IMG/VR virus record: IMGVR_UViG_3300017774_005745
Coordinates: 1-64,000 of that record
Strand: one strand, 5' to 3'
DNA from: a virus
DNA length: 64,000 nucleotides
Shown: positions 1-8,500 of the stretch, piece by piece
Position numbering within the stretch: position 1 is the stretch's first letter
Layout: each line of letters begins with the position of its first letter
The notes under the pieces: model-generated
Databases searched by the model: none
Told to the model about the DNA's origin: nothing
Seen by the model: the letters and a program-made list of their open reading frames with translations, nothing else
Translations under genes and position numbers: made by a program

Positions 1-211
1 CTGGGGTCTTCTCGTTTGATTTGCCCTTATTGATGGCTTCACTGACTTCTTGGGCGACTTGCATTGCCCCGCCCAACTGTCCCCAAACAGTGGTAATGAC
101 GCCTTTTAGCGCACTTACACGCCAAACTCTTGGGGCACTAGACCTGGAATTGACCTGTCGGAACTCACGAACGGAACCATCCCAGTTGATGTTTCTATCT
201 TCGAATGTCAT
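1..211 (-). CDS. 5' part of a WGR-like domain protein, probably the N-terminus of an ATP-dependent DNA ligase (runs off the left edge; not in the ORF track)
   Basis: Own translation of the minus strand from ATG at 211: MTFEDRNINWDGSVREFRQVNSRSSAPRVWRVSALKGVITTVWGQLGGAMQVAQEVSEAINKGKSNEKTP. SD AGAGGA upstream. The W..WGQ.GG.MQ...NKGKSNE.TP pattern resembles phage ligase N-termini; the catalytic domain is outside the window. Confidence 0.55.
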   Translation of the reverse strand, partial: MTFEDRNINWDGSVREFRQVNSRSSAPRVWRVSALKGVITTVWGQLGGAMQVAQEVSEAINKGKSNEKTP

Positions 212-248
212 TATTCCTCTGAGGTGTAGACTTTTTCGTGTACAGTAC

Positions 249-256
249 CTTATACC
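249..256 (-). promoter_or_regulatory. GGTATAAG motif, putative phage promoter element
   Basis: Lies 38 nt upstream of the ATG at 211; matches the motif at 2614, 5442 and 59678. Confidence 0.5.
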
Positions 257-315
257 TACCAAGTCGTTCTACTTGACCAAGAGGGATATATAGTGCAAAA
301 AGCGAAAGGAACTCT

Positions 316-531
316 ATGATCACCGTTACTGTTCAGGTTTCCCCAGAGCATCAATCGAAGTCAAAAGAGGAGCTGTCTTCTTTGCTAGACGGTGAGCTCG
401 ACCTCTTTTCGCACTTCATGTCGTCGTTGGGAGATTGGAAGTCAGTTGGTCCCCTCACTGGGTCCGAGAGAGCGCTGATCAAGACCTACCTGGTCCATAA
501 GATTACCGGTAAGCTAGACAAGGGGATTTGA
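316..531 (+). CDS. hypothetical protein (71 aa)
   Basis: ORF with SD AAAGGA; next ORF starts 1 nt after its stop. Confidence 0.75.
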   Translation: MITVTVQVSPEHQSKSKEELSSLLDGELDLFSHFMSSLGDWKSVGPLTGSERALIKTYLVHKITGKLDKGI

Positions 532-532
532 A

Positions 533-835
533 GTGGCTCGACAAAAAGTCGTTGTTATTCAGTGTGACCGGTGCAGACGAGAAGAAGTCAAACCTGATGT
601 TGGAGAGAAGACAGAGCCCGACTTTACATCAAAGTTCATGGGCGAAGAGCTAAATTACTTTGACCTCTGCTACCGGTGTATGGAAGCAGTGAAGGCCAAC
701 CTCGGTAGAGTTCGCGAGTGGGAGCGTGAGTTGAACTCACTCCTAGGGCCGAAAGTTCAGTCTAACGAAGCACCACCCGTCACATCAGCACCAGATTTCA
801 GTCCTCCAAAGCCGCACGCAGGAATGAAGAAGTAG
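533..835 (+). CDS. Zn-binding protein with Lsr2-like N-terminus
   Basis: GTG start. MARQKVVVIQCDRC...FDLCYRC gives two CxxC pairs in a layout resembling the Lsr2 dimerisation domain (KVVV...DL). Confidence 0.55.
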   Translation: MARQKVVVIQCDRCRREEVKPDVGEKTEPDFTSKFMGEELNYFDLCYRCMEAVKANLGRVREWERELNSLLGPKVQSNEAPPVTSAPDFSPPKPHAGMKK

Positions 836-873
836 CTCTACCCCTTGTGCTCCGTCCCCGCCAAGGGTGCATA

Positions 874-907
874 GAGGAGGGCTCCCTTTGCAGGGGGAGC
901 CCTCCTC
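874..907. terminator. GC-rich hairpin between convergent genes, likely bidirectional terminator
   Basis: 13-bp perfect inverted repeat gaggagggctccc / gggagccctcctc between the stops at 835 (+) and 915 (-). Confidence 0.75.
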
Positions 908-914
908 ATCTTCT

Positions 915-1145
915 TCACTCTTGAATGCCCATCGACTTCAAAAGACAGCGCCTGTGATAGGCTACCTCTTTCGTTTTGTTGAGGTCATCCTCGACGTAGT
1001 AGAACGGGAGGATGAACCCAGAGTCGGTTTCTCCGACGGGCATCTCGCACGCAATGCACATCTCTCCGACAGGTGTCTCTACGAGCTCCTTGTCGGAGAG
1101 AGGTCCTGATGCCGGTTTCTTGTGGAGAGATCCAAACACCTTCAT
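915..1145 (-). CDS. small Zn-finger protein (CxxC...HxxC)
   Basis: C30-IA-C33 and H64-RR-C67; ATGA overlap with the upstream ORF. Confidence 0.65.
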   Translation of the reverse strand: MKVFGSLHKKPASGPLSDKELVETPVGEMCIACEMPVGETDSGFILPFYYVEDDLNKTKEVAYHRRCLLKSMGIQE

Positions 1146-2044
1146 GCTACTCTCCGAATAGGGATGACATCGGCGAGTTTGGTGTTGTCGAGGTTCGTCG
1201 GGTCTCCCCGCAAGAGCTGTCCATTCGCGAGGGTGATGTTGGCGTGCCTTCGAAGAGCGTCTTCGGCCGTTTCAATCATCAACTTCTGAACGAGCATTGC
1301 ATCACCTGCAGGAACACCGTTCGGCTGAACGCAGAGTCTCTCAAGGATGAACCCATCCTTGTCGACCACCTTGAGATTTCCGTGAGTACCTTCGTCGATT
1401 CGATACCTTCTCCCAGATGGAGCCTTGACGAAGAAGTACCTGTGCTTCTCCAGGTTGTCTCTCTGCTCTGCGTTGAGGCAGCTCTTCAAGAGTTCGAGAG
1501 CACGGTCGTATGCCTCTCGTTTGACTCGTGCTGCCTCTGCCATGCGAGCTTCGTACTCTCGTTGTTCTTTCTGAGCCCGTTCGTACTGCTCCAGTCGGAA
1601 ACGTTTCTCTTCTTCAGTCTCGACCACTTCGAAACCTACAATACGTCCGTAGGGATCTTGGGCGATTCTAGTACGTGGGCTTCCGTGTCTGCTGGGGTTG
1701 TCTGTGAACTCATTCCACAACGACCAGGTCGTGCTAGAGGTTGTTATGGTTGGAGTGTGGAGGTTATTCCAATGCTCCCAACCGACATCACAGGTTGTTG
1801 CCGAGTTGGAGGTCCAGATACGCCAAACGGTTCCTCCTCCAGTCACCGTATTTGTGATGATTCTCGTCTCCAGAGGGTCCCAGGTATTCATGGTTACTGG
1901 AGGAGGGAGGTGGATGACTTCGACAGGCTCCTCCCTCACCGCCTTGAGTTTTCTGGCTCCCTTCGTCCTCTTGTCCTTCTCGGATTGAGCCAGTCTCTCT
2001 TTGATGCTTGGTTTGAACCTCTCAGCAAGAGAGTTCCTACTCAT
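1142..2044 (-). CDS. hypothetical protein with Thr/Trp-rich N-region, coiled coil and a Cys-containing C-terminal domain (possibly E2-like)
   Basis: 300-aa ORF with SD GGAGG. C-terminal THGNLKVVDKDG...RLC(238)VQP...GDAMLVQKLMIE; directly downstream of the GG-ending gene. Confidence 0.7.
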   Translation of the reverse strand: MSRNSLAERFKPSIKERLAQSEKDKRTKGARKLKAVREEPVEVIHLPPPVTMNTWDPLETRIITNTVTGGGTVWRIWTSNSATTCDVGWEHWNNLHTPTITTSSTTWSLWNEFTDNPSRHGSPRTRIAQDPYGRIVGFEVVETEEEKRFRLEQYERAQKEQREYEARMAEAARVKREAYDRALELLKSCLNAEQRDNLEKHRYFFVKAPSGRRYRIDEGTHGNLKVVDKDGFILERLCVQPNGVPAGDAMLVQKLMIETAEDALRRHANITLANGQLLRGDPTNLDNTKLADVIPIRRVA

Positions 2045-2045
2045 G

Positions 2046-2294
2046 TCACCCTCCGACGATGGGCGGGGTCATGATGATCTTCTCCAAGGACGGATCGAAC
2101 TTGTGGACGATCTCTCCCTGGTTTCCCTTCTTGTCCACCGTGAACGCGATGTAGCCCTTCTTCTTGAGGTCATCGAACTGCTTCTTGGCTGCTTCGACCT
2201 CGACTTCGCTCTTCGAGTCCCACATGAACTTCGAGTCGCCCGTGTGATTCATCACGGAGAGCGTGTTCTTTACTTCTGCAGTCGTGAGTTCCAT
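2046..2294 (-). CDS. putative ubiquitin-like (beta-grasp) protein with C-terminal Gly-Gly
   Basis: 82 aa ending IIMTPPIVGG-stop (compare MoaD/ThiS ...PPVSGG). Inferred strand-strand-helix-strand-strand-strand pattern. Confidence 0.6.
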   Translation of the reverse strand: MELTTAEVKNTLSVMNHTGDSKFMWDSKSEVEVEAAKKQFDDLKKKGYIAFTVDKKGNQGEIVHKFDPSLEKIIMTPPIVGG

Positions 2295-2302
2295 GTATCT
2301 CC

Positions 2303-2560
2303 TTAGACGTGGTTTGGGTGCCAGCTTCTGACTTCGTTGAGCTGCTCATAGATGCTCATCTTCATGGAGTACACCTCCATGATGCGTTGCATGTTCTTGA
2401 AGTTGTATTCCTTCATCTTTACTTCGATGTCTTCTCCTTCTTTGACTTCGACTGGGTAATCTTCGTAGTCAAAGTCGTCACAGACTACTAAGAGGTGAGA
2501 GCATCCATTCTTCTGTGCTGCTCTGACCCACTCTTCGATTTCCTCTGCGGACGCGGCCAT
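2303..2560 (-). CDS. acidic hypothetical protein
   Basis: Start moved to ATG 2560, which has SD GAGGAG. Core HLLVVCDDFDYEDYPVEV. Confidence 0.75.
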   Translation of the reverse strand: MAASAEEIEEWVRAAQKNGCSHLLVVCDDFDYEDYPVEVKEGEDIEVKMKEYNFKNMQRIMEVYSMKMSIYEQLNEVRSWHPNHV

Positions 2561-2577
2561 GTGTCTCCTCAAACACA

Positions 2578-2605
2578 AATGCCCAGGTCGTTAAACCTGG
2601 GCATT
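2578..2605 (-). terminator. hairpin downstream of nrdJ (terminator or 5' leader stem)
   Basis: 11-bp inverted repeat aatgcccaggt / acctgggcatt, followed on the minus strand by TGTGTTT. Confidence 0.6.
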
Positions 2606-2613
2606 GCGTTACC

Positions 2614-2623
2614 TTCTTATGCC
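2614..2623 (-). promoter_or_regulatory. GGCATAAGAA motif, putative phage promoter element
   Basis: Intergenic, upstream of the 2560-915 operon. Confidence 0.5.
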
Positions 2624-2631
2624 TTTAAAGT

Positions 2632-4671
2632 TCAGCGAACTGGACAGCCGGTCCTGCACTCATCTTCGACCTGGACCGTCTCTTTCCGTCCTTCGTAGGC
2701 ATTCCACTCCGCCTTGCTGAGCTTCTGGTACGGGGCGTTCTTCCTGCTCTTCTCGGGGAAGAAGGTCGTTCCCTTGATGAACGGCAGGGCATCGACGAAC
2801 GCCTTCTCCATGACACTCTCAGTCGGCATGTCATCCTCGCTCATATTGATAGTGAACGAGATGGCATTGTCGGCGTAGTGCTTTTGAATCATCATCTGCG
2901 TTCCAAGGGAGTCCTCCAGCTTGAGCTCGTCCTGGCACTCGATGAGTGCTTCGGGGTCCATGCCCTTTGCACGCAAGACAGCCACGAGAGGGTCTTCGCA
3001 CCAGTACTCGACGATTTGCGTATTTCTCGCATCATCATCCTTGAATACCCGGTACCCTTCCTTCCTCTTCACTTCCAATTCAGGGTCCGTATCCGCGTAC
3101 CGAACGAGGCGCTTGAAGTGACGGTAGATGACAGCTTGACCACTGGCGGACACTCCAGGCATCAGAACAATCGTGCCTGTTGGCGCAAGAGTCGTATTCT
3201 TGACTGGTGTTGGGATTCCTTGAGCAGAGGAGTACTCTCCTGCTTCCGTCTCAACGCACAACTTGAACGAGGCCAGCGTGTTTTGAACGGTCTCATCCTT
3301 CCAGGCTTCTGAGTACTTGATTCCACGAAGCGCCAACCAGCCGTGGTAGCCGAAGAACCCGACACCGATTCTTCGATTCCTATCGACCACTTCACGTTGT
3401 CTGGGCTGCGGGATGTCCCCGAAGGTCGCTCTCACGAGCCACCGAGTCATGAGACGAAATGCCTCTCTTGCCTCTCTATCTGGCTTTGACGCGAAGTACT
3501 GCAGGTTGATGTGTCCCAGATTGCAGTTCTCCCACATCTGAAGACCAATCTCTCCGCAGGGGTTTGGGCAGAACATCTTCTCTGGCTCCCGCTCCCCTTC
3601 CATTGCGAGAGAGCGATTCCACAGTCCTGGCTCTCCGTTGGAGCGCTTACCCAGCGTCACTGCTCGCATCACAGCAATTGCGTGTTCGTCTCCTGAGTTG
3701 TACGCAGCGATGAACTCGTTATCCACTTCTACTGAGATGTTGGTGCTCCAGTGGGCTCCGTCTGTTCTCTTGCAGTTAATGAATTCGAAGATGTCTGTAT
3801 CTGCCCAATGCTTCACAGACATACGACTTGACCGACGCTTGCCACCAGCAATGACACAGGCTGCGAGAGTGTGGTCCAGAGTCATTGCATCGACGGACGT
3901 GAGGCTGTGTCCAATGCAGCCATTCAGGTGGCGAACGAAGTCAGTGAGCATGGAGACCAGAGGACCAGGACCGCATGCAATGCCTCCAGAAGTCTTCAGC
4001 GGCTCTCCACGCGAACGAATACCTGATACGTCGATGACGATGCGTGCTTCCTTCTTGTAGTGCGGGCCCCATGCCGCCTCAAGAAGATGCTTCACGACAT
4101 CGACCCATCCCTCTCGGCTATCCTCAACCTTGAACGTCTCGAAGTGAGCGTTGACGTCTCCCTGAGTGACCTTGCACAAGAGGTCTTGGAATTCTTCGAT
4201 GTTCGGGTGGTCAGTACGGCACACAACGTGGAGGTCGATGGAGCGCTGAATTGCGGGAAGAGAGTGCATGTACCGGTTTGAGTAATTCGAACCGACTCCG
4301 CCTCCCTGCATCAGCTCATCAAAGAGAAACGCAAAGTGGTCCCAAGGTGCTTTCTCATCCCAACCAGCAGCGTGGCAGTTGAACAGGAACTGACGACCCT
4401 TTACTCCTGAAGCGTAAAGATGACGGCCTGCTGGGATGGCTGCGAAATCGAGAAGGAGGCTTATGAGCTTATCTCTCTCGTCTTCTTCAATGAACCGAGG
4501 ACTGACGAGTCCGATATTTCCATCGACAGCGCGAACAACGGTCTCAGGCCAGGTTTCCTTTGAGCCGTCGTCTTTAGTCCTACTGTACGAACGCTTGTAG
4601 ACTTGCTCTCCGATGGGTCCCCACTTCACATTGTACTTTGAGAGGGTCTCATGCGACAGGGTCTTGCTCAT
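2632..4671 (-). CDS. nrdJ: class II (adenosylcobalamin-dependent) ribonucleotide reductase
   Basis: KETWPETVVRAV, PAGRHL, FNC, GGKRRSS, NPCGEI, TTLAPTGT, and a C-terminal ECRTGCPVR Cys pair. Start set at ATG 4671 (SD AAGGAG). Confidence 0.93.
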   Translation of the reverse strand: MSKTLSHETLSKYNVKWGPIGEQVYKRSYSRTKDDGSKETWPETVVRAVDGNIGLVSPRFIEEDERDKLISLLLDFAAIPAGRHLYASGVKGRQFLFNCHAAGWDEKAPWDHFAFLFDELMQGGGVGSNYSNRYMHSLPAIQRSIDLHVVCRTDHPNIEEFQDLLCKVTQGDVNAHFETFKVEDSREGWVDVVKHLLEAAWGPHYKKEARIVIDVSGIRSRGEPLKTSGGIACGPGPLVSMLTDFVRHLNGCIGHSLTSVDAMTLDHTLAACVIAGGKRRSSRMSVKHWADTDIFEFINCKRTDGAHWSTNISVEVDNEFIAAYNSGDEHAIAVMRAVTLGKRSNGEPGLWNRSLAMEGEREPEKMFCPNPCGEIGLQMWENCNLGHINLQYFASKPDREAREAFRLMTRWLVRATFGDIPQPRQREVVDRNRRIGVGFFGYHGWLALRGIKYSEAWKDETVQNTLASFKLCVETEAGEYSSAQGIPTPVKNTTLAPTGTIVLMPGVSASGQAVIYRHFKRLVRYADTDPELEVKRKEGYRVFKDDDARNTQIVEYWCEDPLVAVLRAKGMDPEALIECQDELKLEDSLGTQMMIQKHYADNAISFTINMSEDDMPTESVMEKAFVDALPFIKGTTFFPEKSRKNAPYQKLSKAEWNAYEGRKETVQVEDECRTGCPVR

Positions 4672-4846
4672 ATCACTAGCTCCTTGAGGCGACAAAACCA
4701 CCCTGGACGTGTTGGGACACACGTCTAGAATGGTCTTTACTGTGGGTTTGGGTTGCTGTTGATGCCCTTAGATAGACTGGGCTGGGTTTTCGGCACGATG
4801 AATGTCCCTGTTCACCAGTCACACCTTGCAGAGTGTGGCCGTCCCA

Positions 4847-4855
4847 TTCTTATAG
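4847..4855 (-). promoter_or_regulatory. CTATAAGAA variant of the minus-strand motif, upstream of nrdJ
   Basis: Intergenic; shares the ATAAGAA core. Confidence 0.35.
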
Positions 4856-4916
4856 AACCACGGCATGCTGGTGACAACTTCAAACAAAATCTTGCTGTGA
4901 AGTCCACGACCTAAAG

Positions 4917-4937
4917 AGAGCGGGACTTATCCGCTCT
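4917..4937 (-). terminator. short hairpin after ORF 4984-5406
   Basis: agagcgg-gacttat-ccgctct with a short T run on the minus strand. Confidence 0.4.
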
Positions 4938-4983
4938 AGAGTTATCCGTAACCCCGTTGAACAGCTTGTACCTACACTTCTCA

Positions 4984-5406
4984 TCATTTTGACTCGAAGC
5001 TACTCATGAACTCCTTGTCAGCCAGGCGGGCCTCGCTGATTGAGATGAGCCGCCTGAACTCGTCCCCGCTGATGGTCTCGCCATCTTCGATGCTCTTCAT
5101 TGCTTTATCGAGGATGAATACCTCGTCTTCTTTGAGGAGGAGCTTCTTCTCTTCGAGGAATCTGAGTCTTCGGTGAAGAGTGCCCCTCTCGAACAGAATT
5201 GCTCGAAACTCGAACTCTCCCTTTGCCAGATTCTCTCGGTCTCGGATGATGTCAAAACCCAGCCTTCCGAGTCGTTCGTAGAACTTCGTCTTCTCCTGCT
5301 CCCTTACCAGAAGGAACCCCGTAGTCACTGTGAGCAGCTTCGGGGTCTGGCGGAGGAACCAGGAAGCACCGTAAACAACCCCCAATGCACCCGCTAGAGC
5401 AAACAT
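4984..5406 (-). CDS. hypothetical protein with hydrophobic N-terminus (possible membrane anchor)
   Basis: SD GGGAGA; N-terminal MFALAGALGVVYGASWFL then a charged helical region. Confidence 0.7.
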   Translation of the reverse strand: MFALAGALGVVYGASWFLRQTPKLLTVTTGFLLVREQEKTKFYERLGRLGFDIIRDRENLAKGEFEFRAILFERGTLHRRLRFLEEKKLLLKEDEVFILDKAMKSIEDGETISGDEFRRLISISEARLADKEFMSSFESK

Positions 5407-5441
5407 GTATTCTCCCTATGAATTAGGTAGACTGCACTGTA

Positions 5442-5452
5442 TTCTTATGCCC
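5442..5452 (-). promoter_or_regulatory. GGGCATAAGAA motif, putative phage promoter element
   Basis: 36 nt upstream of the ATG at 5406, in a divergent intergenic region. Confidence 0.55.
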
Positions 5453-5521
5453 TAGACCCTACTAGAGTTGCCACCCCTTCTAGTGGTACCGTTCTTCAAC
5501 CTCCCTTCGAAGGGTTCGTGA

Positions 5522-8500
5522 ATGCCTACGAGCTACGAAGTTGCATCCATGTTTGCCCAGCAGAACCAGATGTTCATGGGACAGGCACAGTTCTCTCAAT
5601 CTATCGGGGTCCCAGTTCCTCCACCTCCAGGTCCTGCGAGTATTGGCGGGTACAGCATGGGGGGTCCAAGAGGAGGCGGGGGAGGCTTTAACTACGGCGC
5701 TTCAGGAATGATGGGATACGGGGCAGGAAACGCCATTGCGGGTGGAGTGATGTCTGCCGGTGGAGCTGCGCTTCAAGGAGGCATGGCCCTCGGTGGCGGT
5801 CTTGGAATGATGGCGTTGGCAGGCTCGGGTTTCGGTCTCCCTCTCGCTGCGGGTGCGATGGTAGGTCAAGCCAGCATCGGTGCGATGATGGGAGGAGCGC
5901 ATCAGCAGTCTTCGATGAACACCATGCTCGGGTCTCAGTACAACTTCTCAAATCCTTCTTCTCGTTCTGGAACGGGCTTTTCGAGAGGTGATGCAAAGTC
6001 AATCGGAGACATGACGAGGTCCCTGTCTCACATTCCTGAGATGATGACATCCTTTGAAGAACTTCAAGGAATCATGTCCAGAATGAAGAGTTCTGGAGCA
6101 ATGCAGGGAGTGAGGAGTGCCTCCGAATTCCAATCAAAGTTCAGAGAAGCCCTCTCTACTATCAAAGAGACCGCTAAGATTCTCGGAACAACGATGGAGG
6201 AGGCAGAGCAGTTCTTCTCAGCAAGCAGAGGGTCTGGTTTCTATAACAAAGGTTCCCAGATTAAGAATGCAGTCAGTGCTCAATTCACCTCTACAGTGAC
6301 AGGCGCTACGGTTGGACAAGTTGCAGGTCTCCAACAAGCTGGCGCTGACATGGCAATGGGGTACGGGGCGAGGAGAGGTCTCGGAGCAACTGCTGTTACG
6401 AATATGGCTCAGAACATCGGACTTGCTCAGATGTCCGGAAGACTGAGGGAAGGAGCAGTCGAAGACGTAACAGGAATGCAGGGGCCAGAAGCACAGATGG
6501 CTCTCGCTCAGAAGATGTTTGGCGGCATGATGCGCTTTGGACAAACCGCCCCTGGTCGTCTCGCAATGGCTGGAATGATGAAGTACGACGAGTCTGGTCG
6601 TGCCATCGGAGTAGATGAATCGAAAGCCAAGAGATTCAATGCAGGTGAGTTGAGCATTGATGAGCTCAAGGCGAGCGCCTCGAACCTCACCGATGCACAG
6701 AAGAAGTCATTCACAGCGCGTCAGTCCGACTTAGTCGCGTCTCTCGCAGGTCAGATTGGTCCGGGAGGTGCCTTCACAATGATGAAGGGCGCTTTGGGCC
6801 TTAGAGGAGATGACGACGGCACGAACCTCGTCATGCAGCGCCTCACAGGCATGAGCGCTGGTGAGATTGATATTGCAGAAGGAATGCAGGGCGTTTCTGG
6901 AAATTCGCAGGCAGGTGCGTTTGCCAGAATGCGTCAGAGACAGTCTTCTCAGAGAGAGCGCACCGACCCTGGCGCAATCATGAAGAAGGTCAAGACCAGA
7001 CTCCACAGTGCAACGGTTGGAAAGCTCGAACAAGTGGGAGCGGACATCCAGAACTCCATCGCAAAGGGCGTGGATGAGTTCTTCGACGACTTGGTTGGGA
7101 GAGAAGTATCGACCCTGACAGAAGAGAAGGCAGTTATCCTCTCAAAGGCGTTCTCCGGTTCAAACTCTGCTCAAGCCAAGGAGATGATTGCAAGCCTCAC
7201 GAAGACTGGGTCGGCGGCTGCGAAAGCTTCCACTACTTCTGAGAGACTCGGTCGAGTGGGTATGAGCACGCTCTTCGGTGGCGCAGGACTTCTTAGCGGA
7301 GCGCGTGCTGCCGTGAAGGAGTTTGGTGGGGTCGACTCAGGAATTGCTGGATTGCTTGCGGGCCTTTCAGGAGGCATGACTGGAGGCCAGGAATCGGACC
7401 TCGCGAAGAAGCTATACGGAACTGATTCTGTATCGGGTCAGGCTGCGATGGCGGCTAAGTTCCGTTCTGGGAATGTCGCAGGAAAGGGAGCAGAGGCCGC
7501 TGTTGCTTCTCTCTTGTCTGGTGCCGACCTCACAGGAAAGTCAGAGTTCCAGAAGGCCGACTTCCTCACCGGAGGTCTCAGAGACAAAGTGTCTTCAGCA
7601 GCCGGAAAGCTCCCAGCAGGATTCAGAGACCCGGAGCAAATCAAACGAGTCAGCCGTGATACTCTCGAAGCTCAGATGAAGTCGTCTGGCCTTTCTGAAG
7701 AAGAGAAGGGAGTTCTTCGCTCCTTCCAAGATGCCGCCTCAAATCCTGCAGGTGGGAATATCTACGCGCAGATGGCTGCTGCTTCTGGGGCTGGCTCTAT
7801 TGTGGGTGCTGCCTTGGGTGCAGGGAAGTCGAGTGCGCAACTGCAAAAGGCTCTTCTGAAGTCTGAGGAGCAGCTGACGAATGCGGTTGGAGAAGCAGGA
7901 GCTTCCTTCGTCAAAGGCTCTGCGAAGAATGCAAAGGCATTCGGAGAAGTCGCCAAGGACTCTAGTCTGCAGGTTGCTCTTGCTTCTGCATTGGAGACGG
8001 GTGACTACGAGAGTGCTCGAAAAGAGATTAATGCCAAGCTGGGGCCTGGAGAGAAGATGTCAGAGGCAGAAGTCAAAGCACTGGCAGAGGCGTCCAAAGG
8101 CCTCGGTAAGATGGATTCAAAACAAATCGGAGCTGTACAAGCTGCCATCAAGAGCTACGGAGATCAGTCGACCGCAGTTGCCTCCAAGGAGTTCTTCAAG
8201 AACGTCGCAAGACAAGGACAAGAACTCACAGACACTGCCCTCGGAGGATCGAAAGGAGATGCCCAGCGAGAACTTGGGAAGGCGATGGGAGACTTCGAGG
8301 CGGAGTTGGCAGCGGCCGGAGATGACCCAGCAAAGCAGAAAGCAGTCATGGATAAGTTTGGGAGTAAATTCTCTGCCTATGCAGACTCATTTAAGGGCCT
8401 GAAGGGGAAGGCTCTTGAGGAGGCACTGTCCGCAGGAGGGTCTACCGGATCTCAGGCGTACGCTGCTCTCATGAAGAAAGAGAAGTTTGGGTCTAAGAAG

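Noticed and set aside
273-294. sigma70 promoter TTGACC...TATAGT upstream of gene 316
   Set aside because: The spacer is only 10 nt.
1073-2074. Long plus-strand ORF (333 aa) and the many other opposite-strand or alternate-frame ORFs in the track (e.g. 29550-30491, 48976-49860, 50194-50919)
   Set aside because: They are shadows of well-supported genes on the other strand or frame, with no SD, coupling or recognisable motifs.
4672-4983. Cobalamin riboswitch upstream of nrdJ
   Set aside because: No B12-box or GCCACTG-type core recognisable; kept only as an unexplained leader.
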